A stretch of DNA of 64,000 bases from an uncultured Dysgonomonas sp. (GCA_937875275.1 CALNCC010000146.1:12229-76228); one strand, 5' to 3'; numbered from the stretch's first letter, positions 1 to 11,476 are shown. Notes: generated by a model not told the origin, from the sequence alone. Made by a program: numbers and translations.

Positions 1-2445
1 GAAAGGTGTAGCCATCATTTTTCTCATTTTTCTGTTTTGTAGCAACATCAATTCACAAAATGTTGCTGTTAGCGGAGTCATAAAAGACTCCATCACACAG
101 AAACCGATATCATTTTCCAACATATCTTTCCTCAACCTATCCGGTGGTACATATTCGAAAGATGACGGTACATTTAGCCTGAAAAATAATAAAGGAATAA
201 CTCATGTTACAGTTTCTTGTGTCGGATATGATAAGAAACAGATTGATGTAGGAGCTGGTACAACCAACGGAGTCGAAATATTGTTAAGACCGGCTTCTAT
301 CGAGCTTAAAGAGGTTGTGATAAATCCGACAAAAGAGAAATATACGAAGAAAGGAAATCCTGCTGTTGAGCTGATACAGAAGGTTATTGCAAACAAAGAC
401 AGGAACAATATTCTTAAGAATCAAGATTATATCGAGAACAAGAGATACGAACGCCTTGTCATGGCGTTTAATGATTTCAAACCGGATGGAATTCTATTTA
501 AGGACCTCAAATTCTTACCGAATTATATAGATACTTCGGCAATTGACCAGAAACCCATATTGCCGATGTCGATAAGGGAAACCGTCAGTTCTAATTATTA
601 TCGCAAAACACCGAAATCGGAAAAAAAATTGATTCGAGGATATCATTTTGCGGGTATAGACAATGCGATAAAAATAGACGGAGCAGAGGCCTATATTGCC
701 GAAACATTCAAAGATATATCGATATATGACAACAATATATCTTTACTGTTGACAGGCTTTGTTGGTCCGCTCAACGAACACCTTTCCACAGCTTTCTATA
801 AATGGTATATGATGGATACGGTCAGCATAAACGGGCAAAATTATGCCAGTATCGGATTTCTCCCCTTCTATACACGGGATATTGGTCTGTCGGGATATCT
901 GTATATATCTACCGATGGCGCATATGCCATAAAGAAAGCGCAGATGCGGATTCCCAAGAAAGCAAATATAAACTTTGTCGAGGAACTCATCATCGATCAT
1001 GAGTTTGAAGAAATCATCCCTAATGTGTGGGCTCCCTCCATGCAGCGTATGTCGATGGATATGTCGTTGTACAATACCTTGAAGATACATGTAGATAAGG
1101 TGAACATATACAATAACTATCAATTTGAACAGTCCAATAATTCGATTTTCGACATGAGATCTCCGGTGTTGTACGAAGATCGTTTCGATGAACGAACAGC
1201 CGATTTTTGGACGCAGAATCGTCCTCCCAAATACAACAACGATTATAGAATGGATGAGTTGATGGCTGAACTTAAGCAGAGTTCTCTCTTTTTGAAAATA
1301 CTGATGGCTCCGGGAGATTTTATCACATCGGGATATATGATGACATCTAAAGATCCTGATAAAAACAAATTAGACTTAGGCACATTGCGCACATTGTATA
1401 GCTATAACGATGTGGAAGGTAATCGGTTTCGCTTAACATTTGCTACGACAAAGAATCTCCATCCGCACCTATTCTTGTACGGATATGGAGCATACGGCAC
1501 GAGGGACGATAAGTTTAAATATTATGGAGAGGCAACATGGGCATTCAATGATGTGGAGTACTGCAAAGAAGAATTTCCCAGAAAAAATCTGACCGTTTCC
1601 TATAAAAATGATATAAACAGTCTCGGACAGAAATTTACACAGGCCGAAAGAGACAATATTCTCTTATCGTTACAAACGGCAAAAAATCAGAAGTTAACAT
1701 ACGGTCGCATATTTCAACTATCTTATGATAAGGAATATTATAGCGGCTTCTCGTACAATATTTCAACTAAAATATCGGAAGAATCTCCGGCGGGGAATCT
1801 AAGATTTGAGAAAATAGATGCTGACAACAATCGGTATTCTATTCGTAATATCAAAACATCTGAGGTAACAACCGCCCTTCGATATGCTGATGAACGATTT
1901 TATCAGAAAAGACGTAGGAGGCAAGTTATCCCCTACCCTTACTTTATCGTAAACCTTTCGCATACTATAGGCGTAACAGATGTGCTTGGAGGAGAATACA
2001 ACTACAATAAAACCTTGCTATCGGCATCGAAAGAAGTATGGATGGGACCATACGGAAAACTGTCTTTCGCTGCGGCAACTTCCACTTATTAGATCCCCTT
2101 GAGTTTGTCCACGATTCGCAACTGTCGTGGGATATATCATATCGTTTAGGTGGACTGATATTCAATCGCATTCCATTCCTCAACAGCCTGCGGTTGCGCG
2201 AGGTAGTGGGTATGAGAGGTGCATGGGGACACCTGAGCGATAAGAACAATCCTCTGCACAACAGAGATATGATTTTATTTCCCGAAAGCAGCTATACGAC
2301 AACAAAACCGTATATGGAATATAATATCGGAATAGAGAATATTTTAAGCTTCTTCCGTGTCGACTATGTGCACAGAATTAACTATCGCAATCATCCCAAC
2401 ACGAATAACAATGGTATAAGAATCTCCGCAGATTTCAGCTTTTGA
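1..2445 (+). pseudogene. DUF5686 / carboxypeptidase-regulatory-like domain outer-membrane protein, split by a frameshifting deletion near 2072 (ORFs 281..2092 and 2038..2445); start codon just left of the window
   Basis: Frame from base 2 reads KGVAIIFLIFLFCSNINSQ..VSGVIKDSITQKPISFSNI (signal peptide plus CarboxypepD_reg-like start). NPAVELIQKVIANK and YNDVEGNRFR are DUF5686-type motifs. The second ORF supplies the C-terminus (PLEFVHD..PYMEYNIGIENI..RVDYVHRINY..DFSF, terminal Phe). Confidence 0.8.
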
Positions 2446-2452
2446 TTTTACC

Positions 2453-5400
2453 TTACAATAAATTAGAACTTAAGAATTTGCGGATATATTCCGAGTTTTC
2501 GCCCCTATTCTGCACATAGAAATCGAACTGATCTTGCTCGATATTTCCTATCGCAAAATATTTAGACTGAGGATGTGCAATAATAATTCCACTGACCGAG
2601 GCATTCGGAAGCATAACTCCGTTTTCGGTAAGTTCTACACCTATCTCCTGCGATTGAAGCAAATCTGTGTTCAGCAAGAAATTTATCGACTGATCGGGTA
2701 TAGATGGATATCCCACTGCCGGGCGGATTCCCTGATATTTGAGAGCAAACATCTCTTTAACGGATATTTCCTCACTTTCAGCAAATCCCCAATATTCTTT
2801 ACGCACCTTAGCATGAAGCCATTCTGTCGCTGCTTCGGCCAAACGGTCTAATACAGACTTCAACAGCAGCACATTATATTCATCGCCTTGTCTTTCATAT
2901 TGTTCCATCAGTTCGTTTGCACCAACACCCGCCGTAACGGTAAATCCGGCAACATAATCTCCGACATTTTCAGGAGCTACAAAATCACATAAAGACAGAT
3001 ACACATCCTTATCGTTTTGCTTTTGCTGGCGAAGCATAGGGAAACAAATATTGTTGATATAGAGACATTCATCTTTGGTGTAAGACTCATATATTCCGAA
3101 TACCGCTTTTATATATTCGGCCTTTTCAAAAACGAGCCTATCTAATAGCTTGTTGGCGTCTCTGTATAAATTCAAACCTTCCATAGCCTTTTCTCTTTCC
3201 TCCTCAGGGAAAGAGTTTATCCATGCTGTATCGCAAGCCGGGCAACCATCTAAATTCTGAGCGGTATAATATCTTGCTGATAAATCCCACGAATGGAAAA
3301 AGAATTTCCAGTCGACAAATGGAATGATCTCTTCTACCGGAATGTGGTTTAACACCTGTCGTCCTGCGACCTTTGGCGCTATTTTTTTATAGTTTGTCCA
3401 GTCTATTTTCAAACCCTTTTCTTTGACCTCAGTGAATGGTAATATGTTTACCTTCTTATCTCCAATCGATTCTCTCAGCAAAGAATACTCCTGTCTTATC
3501 TCTTCTTTAAACTCTTCTTTCGTTTTCGGATTAATCAGCTTCGCAACAACAGATGGAGCCTGTGAAGCATCCTTAGCGTATACTACCGAACCACTGCTGT
3601 AATTGGGCTCGATCTTGATTGCCGTATGTAGTTTCGATGTTGTTGCACCACCGATCAACAGAGGCATACTGAAACCTGCTTTTTCCATTTCACGAGCTAC
3701 AATGCTCATCTCTTCGAGTGATGGTGTGATCAATCCACTCAAGCAAACAATGTCCGGCTGTTCTTCTCTTATCTTCTGAATAATAACCTCCGGTGGAGTC
3801 ATCACGCCCAAATCGATTACTTCATAGTTGTTACAAGCTAAGATGATAGAAACTATATTTTTACCAATATCGTGCACATCTCCCTTGACTGTGGCAATAA
3901 TCAGCTTACCGGCTTTACGGCTTGCCGATGAAGATTTCTGGGCTTCGATGGTTGGTTGAAGAATATTTACCGCCTGTTTCATTGTGCGTGCAGTCTTTAC
4001 CACCTGAGGTAAAAACATCTTGCCTGAGCCGAATAGGTCTCCTACCTTATTCATCCCATCCATCAGCGGTTTGTCTATAATATCCACGGCTTTCGGATAT
4101 TTCAATAACGCTTCAGCTAAGTCTTCTTGAAGATGTTCGCTGATTCCTTTTACTAAGGCATATTTAATACGTTCTTCTAAAGAATAAGAACGCCATTCTT
4201 CCACCTTTTGCTCAGTAGTTCCGGTCTGTTCATTCTTTAGTTTTTCTGCATATTCGATCAATTCGTCAGTCGATTCAGGGCGACGATTGAATATAACATC
4301 TTCAACCAAGTTTCTCAGATCAGTTGGTATGTCTTCATATATAATAGCCTCACTCGGATTGACGATACCCATATCCATCCCTCTCTGAACAGCATGATAA
4401 AGGAATACGGAATGCATCACTTCACGAACATAATTGTTGCCTCTGAAAGAGAATGATAAGTTACTTACCCCTCCGCTTATTTTCGCATGCGGCAGATTTG
4501 CCTTTATCCATACAATTGTATTTAGGAAATCGACTGCATATCCTCTATGCTCTTCGATACCTGTGGCAATAGCCAAGATATTGGGGTCGAAAATAATATC
4601 CTTAGGATCGAATCCATCATTCACAAGTAGTTTGTATGCTCGTTCGCAGATTTCGATACGTCGTTCGTAACGATCAGCCTGCCCTGCTTCGTCGAACGCC
4701 ATTATAATAACAGCTGCTCCGTAAGCCTTTACCAGACGGGCTTCACGAAGAAATTCCTCTTCCCCGTTTTTTAGGGAGATTGAGTTCACGATAGGTTTTC
4801 CTTGCACACATTTCAATCCGGACTCTATGACTTCCCATTTCGAAGAGTCTATCATTATTGGCACACGAGATACATCGGGATCGGAAGCCAACATGTTGAG
4901 AAATGTCTTCATTTCCTCTGCTCCATCCAGCAATCCTTCGTCCATATTCACGTCTATCACTTGTGCTCCGTCCTCTACTTGTTTGTGCGCAATAGATAGA
5001 GCCTCCTCGTGTTTTTTCTCTTTTATCAGACGAAGAAATTTACGTGAACCGGCTACATTGCATCGTTCTCCGATGTTCATAAAATTCAGTTCGGGAGTAG
5101 CCTCCAATAATTCCAATCCCGACAACCACATATATTTTGGTTTGCTTACCGGCTTGTGAGGTTGAGCCCCTTTTATCAGCTCGGCATAGCGTCCGATATG
5201 GGCAGGTGTTGTACCACAACATCCCCCTAATATATTCACTAATCCCTCATTGATATAGTCTTTGATCTGGCTTGCCATTTTTTCGGGAGTCTCGTCATAT
5301 TCTCCAAACTGATTGGGCAATCCGGCATTAGGATATGCCGAAATATAGCTTGGTGCAAGCCTTCCCAATTCTTGCAAATGTGGTTTCATATCCGAAGCTC

Positions 5401-6136
5401 CGAATGAACAGTTCAGCCCGATTGATAGAAAGTCGATATGGCTTACCGATGCAAGAAAAGCACCAATCGTTTGCCCCGACAATGTGCGTCCGCCCTTGTC
5501 TGCCAAGGTAACCGATATCATTATCGGCAAATCTATATTTCGTTCTTTTCTCAACTCGTCTGCCGCAAACAAAGCTGCTTTGGCATTCAGAGTATCGAAT
5601 ATCGTTTCTATAAGCAACAGGTCAACTCCGCCGTCAATCAATCCTTCGATTTGCTCGCGATAAGCCAATCGCAGATCATCGAAAGTAACTGCTCTGAAAA
5701 TCGGGTTTTCAACTTTCGGACTCATCGACGCCGTCTTGTTGGTTGGGCCTATCGATCCTGCTACAAAGCGAGGTTTATCAGGATTCTGTTTTGTATATTC
5801 GTCCGCAGCGCGACGAGCTATCTTTGCTGCTTCTACATTTATTTCACGTACCAAATCTGCCATATCATAGTCTTCCATAGATATAGCATTGGCATTAAAG
5901 GTATTGGTCTCTATTATATCAGTCCCGACTTCGAGGTATTCTTTGTGGATAGCCTCTATGATATCGGGTTGTGTAAGGCACAAAAGGTCGTTGTTCCCTT
6001 TCAGTAATACAGTAGAGCTTTTGAACCTGTCGCCTCTGAAGTCTTCCTCTTTGAGGGTGTATCGCTGAATCATCGTTCCCATCGCTCCATCTAAGATGAG
6101 AATCCGGTCTTTTAATATATCGTGTATCTTATGCAT
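2453..6136 (-). CDS. metH: B12-dependent methionine synthase
   Basis: ILDGAMGTMIQ, GGCCGTTP, GERCNVAGSRKF, cobalamin-binding GDVHDIGKNIV, activation domain RPAVGYP. ATG at 6136 (ORF track starts at GTG 6142). Confidence 0.98.
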   Translation of the reverse strand: MHKIHDILKDRILILDGAMGTMIQRYTLKEEDFRGDRFKSSTVLLKGNNDLLCLTQPDIIEAIHKEYLEVGTDIIETNTFNANAISMEDYDMADLVREINVEAAKIARRAADEYTKQNPDKPRFVAGSIGPTNKTASMSPKVENPIFRAVTFDDLRLAYREQIEGLIDGGVDLLLIETIFDTLNAKAALFAADELRKERNIDLPIMISVTLADKGGRTLSGQTIGAFLASVSHIDFLSIGLNCSFGASDMKPHLQELGRLAPSYISAYPNAGLPNQFGEYDETPEKMASQIKDYINEGLVNILGGCCGTTPAHIGRYAELIKGAQPHKPVSKPKYMWLSGLELLEATPELNFMNIGERCNVAGSRKFLRLIKEKKHEEALSIAHKQVEDGAQVIDVNMDEGLLDGAEEMKTFLNMLASDPDVSRVPIMIDSSKWEVIESGLKCVQGKPIVNSISLKNGEEEFLREARLVKAYGAAVIIMAFDEAGQADRYERRIEICERAYKLLVNDGFDPKDIIFDPNILAIATGIEEHRGYAVDFLNTIVWIKANLPHAKISGGVSNLSFSFRGNNYVREVMHSVFLYHAVQRGMDMGIVNPSEAIIYEDIPTDLRNLVEDVIFNRRPESTDELIEYAEKLKNEQTGTTEQKVEEWRSYSLEERIKYALVKGISEHLQEDLAEALLKYPKAVDIIDKPLMDGMNKVGDLFGSGKMFLPQVVKTARTMKQAVNILQPTIEAQKSSSASRKAGKLIIATVKGDVHDIGKNIVSIILACNNYEVIDLGVMTPPEVIIQKIREEQPDIVCLSGLITPSLEEMSIVAREMEKAGFSMPLLIGGATTSKLHTAIKIEPNYSSGSVVYAKDASQAPSVVAKLINPKTKEEFKEEIRQEYSLLRESIGDKKVNILPFTEVKEKGLKIDWTNYKKIAPKVAGRQVLNHIPVEEIIPFVDWKFFFHSWDLSARYYTAQNLDGCPACDTAWINSFPEEEREKAMEGLNLYRDANKLLDRLVFEKAEYIKAVFGIYESYTKDECLYINNICFPMLRQQKQNDKDVYLSLCDFVAPENVGDYVAGFTVTAGVGANELMEQYERQGDEYNVLLLKSVLDRLAEAATEWLHAKVRKEYWGFAESEEISVKEMFALKYQGIRPAVGYPSIPDQSINFLLNTDLLQSQEIGVELTENGVMLPNASVSGIIIAHPQSKYFAIGNIEQDQFDFYVQNRGENSEYIRKFLSSNLL

Positions 6137-6142
6137 AATCAC

Positions 6143-7501
6143 TTAATCGTTTTCTTTTGTTAGGATCGTTACCGATTCTATATTGTAATAATCTTTATAT
6201 TGCTTGTTTAACCAAAATGTAGGATCGGATGACAAATCTACAAAATCGTATCTTGAAGGAAGAACTAATTCCTTATAAAAAACTATGTTCTTCTCTCCTT
6301 TTATTTTCATTTCGTCTACGGTCTGCTCCCTTTCTTTAAATACTTCATTCATTTCGTGAATATTCTTCACATCATAGGCATACGTACCAACAAAGTAAAT
6401 ACACAAAATAGTGATGAGAAAAATGTCTATTTTTCTATACTTTATTTTCTTCAAATCAGTGTTCGCATACAGAACACCAAATGCGATAATCATAAGTACG
6501 ATAATACCAAATGCGGCTCGTGGCGGAAAGATCGGTGTCGCCACCATTGCCATGCAACCAATATGTGCCGAGATAGCAAATAATAGAGAACCTTGCGCCA
6601 CTTTGTTGTTTCGCCAAGTGTCTTTGCTGCTCTTATTATGGACGTAGAACATCGCAGCATAGAGCAACGTCAGCGGCAATATATAGACCGAATATCTATA
6701 TAGTACTTTCAGTATGCGATATCCCATATTGTAAATAAACGACTCATCGACAAGTCCCAAACTCTCGTTCACATGTTCGGATCGGATGAAGTTTCCCGGA
6801 GCTAACAACATGAATGCTCCTCCAATGCAAACACCTATCAGCCCGGCATATATCCATTTAGGAATAACACGTTTATTCTTCTTAGCCCATACAATCAGCA
6901 GTAGAATAAAAGCTACCTGAGCCACAAACATATTTTCCAATGTCCATCCCGAAAGGATGCCAAATAAAAAGAAGGCTGATATCTTAAGAGTATTATCCCC
7001 ACCTTCAACGCCTTGATGGTATGTATAGAATGGGTAGAGAAAAAGCAGAACAATCGCCGTCCCCCACAGATAATTGGCACTACCGGTAAGCCACAATGTA
7101 GTAGCAATAAGTGCCGGAAGGAAAAACCAACTCAAAAGAAACAAGACGATGAATGCTTTCACATTTGCCCCTTTACCATTGGTGGAATATTTGCATATCA
7201 ACAGAATAAGAAATGTAAAGACGGCACTATTCAATATATCGTTCCATGGTTCTCCGATCCATATCAGTAATTGAGCAATGCTGTGCACAACGGCACGACC
7301 ACCCCATTGCAGATAATGATTGTATTGAGAAATTACAATATCCGAAAAACTGTCAATTTTTAGCAGTGGCTCTGATCCATAAATGAATGCGTACAACCAA
7401 TCGTCTGAATACAACGGATACAGATGATTGAGAAAGCAGACAAGAGCAAAGACCGCTAAACCAACAAGAGATATTATAAGATTATTTTTCGTCATCTGCA
7501 A
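6143..7501 (-). CDS. DUF6056 family polytopic membrane protein (putative GT-C glycosyltransferase)
   Basis: About 11 hydrophobic segments; motifs PLYSDDWLY, HYLQWGGR, WLTGSANYLW, GWTLENM, APGNFIR. Confidence 0.8.
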   Translation of the reverse strand: MQMTKNNLIISLVGLAVFALVCFLNHLYPLYSDDWLYAFIYGSEPLLKIDSFSDIVISQYNHYLQWGGRAVVHSIAQLLIWIGEPWNDILNSAVFTFLILLICKYSTNGKGANVKAFIVLFLLSWFFLPALIATTLWLTGSANYLWGTAIVLLFLYPFYTYHQGVEGGDNTLKISAFFLFGILSGWTLENMFVAQVAFILLLIVWAKKNKRVIPKWIYAGLIGVCIGGAFMLLAPGNFIRSEHVNESLGLVDESFIYNMGYRILKVLYRYSVYILPLTLLYAAMFYVHNKSSKDTWRNNKVAQGSLLFAISAHIGCMAMVATPIFPPRAAFGIIVLMIIAFGVLYANTDLKKIKYRKIDIFLITILCIYFVGTYAYDVKNIHEMNEVFKEREQTVDEMKIKGEKNIVFYKELVLPSRYDFVDLSSDPTFWLNKQYKDYYNIESVTILTKEND

Positions 7502-8876
7502 GAGTATCTACAACGGTTATTGATCTTACACCCATATACTTACCATATGCCCGCCCTAACCATCCGACAGAATCTAATGGCAGATCGGATATATATGGTC
7601 TTGTCAGAGGTGGGTAATCATATTCGATCTTCCCTTCTATAATAATATTATCGACACCTTTCCCCTTTTCTATTTCTATATATCGTTCTCTCTCATCGAT
7701 CTTCTTCTTGAAATCATAAAGGCTTATCATTCCTCGTGTATAAGAATACGCAAACAGAAGTACGGATAATGAAAGGAGTATTATTTGGGCAACCTTCATC
7801 CATTTATCCGAAAAGCCTAAATTAACGAACAAGATAGCCGACGCAGCAGCAATAAACACTACAATACCAAACCATACCCGATGTGGAAAGATAGGAGCAG
7901 CAGCCATAACAACAGTAGCAACCATAGCTGTAAGAAAGAACAATAAAGACAATGATAAGGTTTCCTTTACGTTTTCTCTTACTCCTTTTTTCAGATATAT
8001 CAAGAGAAGTAAGAAATATATTAAGAATGGATAGAGGGCATATTCAACAAGGCTCTTGGCAATAGATGTCAAGCGATAGAAATAGAATAATATTTTTGAT
8101 TCGTCAGAAGCCCCCATGCCACTTACCGTAATTTCATTACGTATATAATTTCCGGGAGCAGCAAGCATCACAATTCCGCCAATCAACAAACCGGCTAAAC
8201 CGAAGATTGCCCATAATGGAATATTAATCTTTTGGTAATGATACAAGATTATGATGCCGATTACGAAGAATGCTGCGGCAACAAACATATTTTCATTCGT
8301 CCATCCGGCAATAATTCCAAACAAAAACATATGCACAGATCTCTGAACAGAGTTTTCATTGGTGTCTTTATAATAATGACGGCAATAAACAGCAAGGAAT
8401 GAAATGATTATAAATCCGCCCCATAAATAATTGGCACTTCCCGTTTTCCAAAATATACATTCGCCGAGGCTTGGGATGAAGAACCAAAGAAAAACATTGA
8501 TGAGTAAGAATAATGAAATATTATGCTTTTGCTTACCCTTTGCGATAAAATATATGATGAGCACTAATGCAACATAAGCAATGCTGTTCAGTAGATCAGC
8601 CCACACTTTGTCTATATACAGCAAATACTGTGCTATGACATGCACGACAGATCGTCCACCCCATTCGAAATAATGATTATACTGACTAACAAAGATATCC
8701 TTGATGCCACTGATGCGATTGCCATCATCACCAAGCTTGAAGGTATAGCTCCAATCATCTATATAGATGGGATAGAGGCTATTCATAAAATAAATGCCAA
8801 TGAATAACAACGTAACAATCCCCAAGAAAAGTTTATTTTCGACAATATACTTTTTCAAAGAATGTAGTTTATTCAT
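7482..8876 (-). CDS. DUF6056 family polytopic membrane protein, paralog of the downstream gene
   Basis: PIYIDDWSY, HYFEWGGR, WKTGSANYLW, GWTNENM, APGNYIR; overlaps the next gene by 20 nt. Confidence 0.8.
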   Translation of the reverse strand: MNKLHSLKKYIVENKLFLGIVTLLFIGIYFMNSLYPIYIDDWSYTFKLGDDGNRISGIKDIFVSQYNHYFEWGGRSVVHVIAQYLLYIDKVWADLLNSIAYVALVLIIYFIAKGKQKHNISLFLLINVFLWFFIPSLGECIFWKTGSANYLWGGFIIISFLAVYCRHYYKDTNENSVQRSVHMFLFGIIAGWTNENMFVAAAFFVIGIIILYHYQKINIPLWAIFGLAGLLIGGIVMLAAPGNYIRNEITVSGMGASDESKILFYFYRLTSIAKSLVEYALYPFLIYFLLLLIYLKKGVRENVKETLSLSLLFFLTAMVATVVMAAAPIFPHRVWFGIVVFIAAASAILFVNLGFSDKWMKVAQIILLSLSVLLFAYSYTRGMISLYDFKKKIDERERYIEIEKGKGVDNIIIEGKIEYDYPPLTRPYISDLPLDSVGWLGRAYGKYMGVRSITVVDTLADDEK

Positions 8877-8911
8877 TGGTCAATACATTTTTTTAATGAA
8901 TAAAGGATGTA

Positions 8912-9370
8912 TCAGAACTTCATCGCTCTGTCCATCTGACGTTTATCATCCTTCTCGCGCAGAGACTGACGTTTATCATAGCTTTTCTTACCACGGGCAA
9001 TAGCTATAACCACCTTTGCCAATCCTCGTTCGTTGATAAACATGCGCATAGGAACAATCGTATATCCGGTTTCTTTTACCTCTCGCTCAATTTTTTTCAA
9101 CTCCTTGCGGTTGAGCAACAATTTTCGATCGCGACGTGCAACATGATTGTTATATGAGCCATAAAAATATTCAGCTATATACATATTCTTTACCCACAAT
9201 TCGCCTTTTTCTATCAGGCAAAAAGTATCCACAAGACTCGCCTTACCCAAACGGATCGATTTGATTTCCGTTCCGGTAAGCACGATTCCGGCAGTAAATG
9301 TATCAAGCAGTTCGTAGTCGAAACCGGCTCGCTTATTTTTTATGTTTATTTTCTGATTCTGAGAAGCCAT
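8912..9370 (-). CDS. smpB: SsrA-binding protein SmpB
   Basis: [36 protein letters not shown]; likely ATG at 9370, just after the der stop. Confidence 0.97.
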   Translation of the reverse strand: MASQNQKINIKNKRAGFDYELLDTFTAGIVLTGTEIKSIRLGKASLVDTFCLIEKGELWVKNMYIAEYFYGSYNNHVARRDRKLLLNRKELKKIEREVKETGYTIVPMRMFINERGLAKVVIAIARGKKSYDKRQSLREKDDKRQMDRAMKF

Positions 9371-9378
9371 TAATGCTC

Positions 9379-10692
9379 TTATTTTTCTCTGATAAATATG
9401 TTGATCGGTGTACCCGTCAGATTCCAATTGTCGCGGATACGATTCTCAAGGAAGCGTCTGTACGGTTCTTTTACCCATTGAGGCAGGTTACAGAAGAACA
9501 CAAATGACGGCACTTGCGTATTTGGCAACTGAGTAACATATTTTATTTTGACATATTTTCCCTTATTCGATGGTGGAGGTGTCGCTTCTATTATCGGCAA
9601 CATAACCTCATTCAACTTATGAGTAGGAATTTTTGTTTTACGTATTTCGTATACTTCTTTAGCTGTTTCCAACACCTTGAAGATACGTTGTTTTGTCATT
9701 GCTGATGCAAATATAATTGGGAAATCAACAAACGGAGCAAGACGCTGACGGATTGCTTTCTCGAATGTTTTTATTACGATCTGCTCTTTGTTTTCCACCA
9801 AATCCCATTTGTTGACACACACTACCAATCCTTTGTGGTTTTTCTGTATCAGAGAAAATATGTTCAAATCCTGACTTTCAATTCCTTTTGTGGCATCAAT
9901 CATCAAAACACAGACATCGGAATTTTCGATTGCTTTTATAGAACGAATAACAGAATAATACTCAAGTCCTTCGTCTACTTTTCCTTTCTTGCGTATACCT
10001 GCCGTATCTACAAGATAAAAATCCATACCGAATTTATCGTATTTCGTATAGATTGAATCGCGAGTCGTACCGGCAATATTGGTTACTATATTTCTTTCTT
10101 CGCCGATCAAAGCATTCACTAAAGATGATTTTCCTGCATTCGGACGTCCCACGATTGCAATACGTGGTATCTCCTCTAACAGTTCTTCTTCGCCCTGTTT
10201 TGTGAATTTAGTCAATATGAGATCTAACAAGTCTCCCGTACCCGATCCGTTGATTGCCGATATATTTACCGGATCACCCAGTCCTAACGAATAAAACTCG
10301 GCCGAACTTGCGTGGAAAGAGAAATTATCCGCTTTGTTGGATACAAGAATAATCGGTTTGCTTGATCGTCTCAGAATGTTTGTTACATTTAGGTCGAGAT
10401 CAGTCAATCCGTTCATTACGTCCAACACAAACATGATAACATCAGCTTCTTCGATAGCTATCTTAACCTGCTTATTGATCTCTTCCTCAAACACATCTTC
10501 AGAGTTAACAACCCATCCTCCGGTATCGACCAATGAGAATTCTTGTCCACCCCACTCTACTTTGCCATATTGTCTGTCGCGTGTTGTTCCGGCAGTTTCA
10601 TCCACTATCGCCTGACGACTTTCTGTCAACCGATTAAATAATGTAGACTTACCAACATTAGGTCGCCCAACTATCGCTACTAAATTACCCAT
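9379..10692 (-). CDS. der: Ribosome biogenesis GTPase Der (EngA)
   Basis: Two GTPase domains ([16 protein letters not shown] and [16 protein letters not shown]) plus KH-like C-terminus. Confidence 0.98.
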   Translation of the reverse strand: MGNLVAIVGRPNVGKSTLFNRLTESRQAIVDETAGTTRDRQYGKVEWGGQEFSLVDTGGWVVNSEDVFEEEINKQVKIAIEEADVIMFVLDVMNGLTDLDLNVTNILRRSSKPIILVSNKADNFSFHASSAEFYSLGLGDPVNISAINGSGTGDLLDLILTKFTKQGEEELLEEIPRIAIVGRPNAGKSSLVNALIGEERNIVTNIAGTTRDSIYTKYDKFGMDFYLVDTAGIRKKGKVDEGLEYYSVIRSIKAIENSDVCVLMIDATKGIESQDLNIFSLIQKNHKGLVVCVNKWDLVENKEQIVIKTFEKAIRQRLAPFVDFPIIFASAMTKQRIFKVLETAKEVYEIRKTKIPTHKLNEVMLPIIEATPPPSNKGKYVKIKYVTQLPNTQVPSFVFFCNLPQWVKEPYRRFLENRIRDNWNLTGTPINIFIREK

Positions 10693-10716
10693 AAAATATT
10701 TTTATAAATTAGGATA

Positions 10717-10724
10717 CAAAGATA
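10717..10724 (-). promoter_or_regulatory. Bacteroidota sigma-A -7 box (TATCTTTG) for the der-smpB-DUF6056x2-metH unit
   Basis: Matches TAnnTTTG, 25 nt upstream of the der ATG. Confidence 0.7.
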
Positions 10725-10752
10725 ATACTAATTTCTGGCATATATGTGTACA

Positions 10753-10784
10753 AGAAAGGCTTGCCTCGTAAAAAAGCAAGCCTA
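10753..10784 (-). terminator. Intrinsic terminator after the 10809..11369 gene
   Basis: AGGCTTGC...GCAAGCCT stem followed by TTCTT on the minus strand. Confidence 0.6.
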
Positions 10785-10808
10785 TATAGTTAATTCATGC
10801 GTTGTTTC

Positions 10809-11369
10809 TTATTTGAATGTATATTTAACATTGAGCCATATCAAAGAGTCTGACTCAGATGACATATCAGATAGCGAATTATATTTACTCAATTTCAATG
10901 CCTTATCAACATCCATCAACGCCTCGCCGACAAATGTATATACGGAATCCTGAGTGGCGTCATGGTTGAGATTCGGATAACGGCAGAAACCTTGAGTCAG
11001 ATATAGTTCCTCGGTTGTTCCACAGGCTATAAATACTTTCGACCCATCCGTTTTGTATGTATACAACGAATCGCCAACAAAGTCATATTTAGATACTATT
11101 TTCACATTATCCTTGACGAATGTAACCATGCCGTCATGAAACTCGACAGTCATATTGCCATGTAATGTGCTGTCGTAATTGAAGTACTTGAATATCAATT
11201 GCACCGAGTCGGTACTTAAGACCTCTTTGCCTCCACCGGGAGAGCCCATATACATTGTTAACAATGCCTCCGGCGACTGCCTTATCATCACACTGCTTTC
11301 GTTACCTTCGTTGCTACATGCCACAAAGAGGAAAGATATTGACAGAAATACAAGAACTATTTTTTTCAT
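10809..11369 (-). CDS. Hypothetical lipoprotein
   Basis: MKKIVLVFLSISFLFVA-C lipobox; no recognised domain. Confidence 0.75.
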   Translation of the reverse strand: MKKIVLVFLSISFLFVACSNEGNESSVMIRQSPEALLTMYMGSPGGGKEVLSTDSVQLIFKYFNYDSTLHGNMTVEFHDGMVTFVKDNVKIVSKYDFVGDSLYTYKTDGSKVFIACGTTEELYLTQGFCRYPNLNHDATQDSVYTFVGEALMDVDKALKLSKYNSLSDMSSESDSLIWLNVKYTFK

Positions 11370-11443
11370 TCTGATTGACTAAAAAATGGAAGTGTAAAGA
11401 TAATAAAAACACAATGTCTTTTTCGTAACAAACGGAAGATTAC

Positions 11444-11471
11444 AAAAAAAGGAATCTTTCGATTCCTTCTC
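11444..11471 (-). terminator. Intrinsic terminator after the DUF1080 gene
   Basis: Minus strand AAGGAATC-GAAA-GATTCCTT followed by a T run. Confidence 0.85.
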
Positions 11472-11476
11472 TTATA

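Noticed and set aside
6137-6200. Cobalamin or SAM riboswitch upstream of metH
   Set aside because: No intergenic space; the upstream gene's stop abuts the metH start.
9371-9427. Extended N-termini from the ORF track (smpB 9427; also 25512, 29084, 49036, 55068)
   Set aside because: They overlap upstream genes or -7 promoter boxes; downstream ATGs give family-typical starts.
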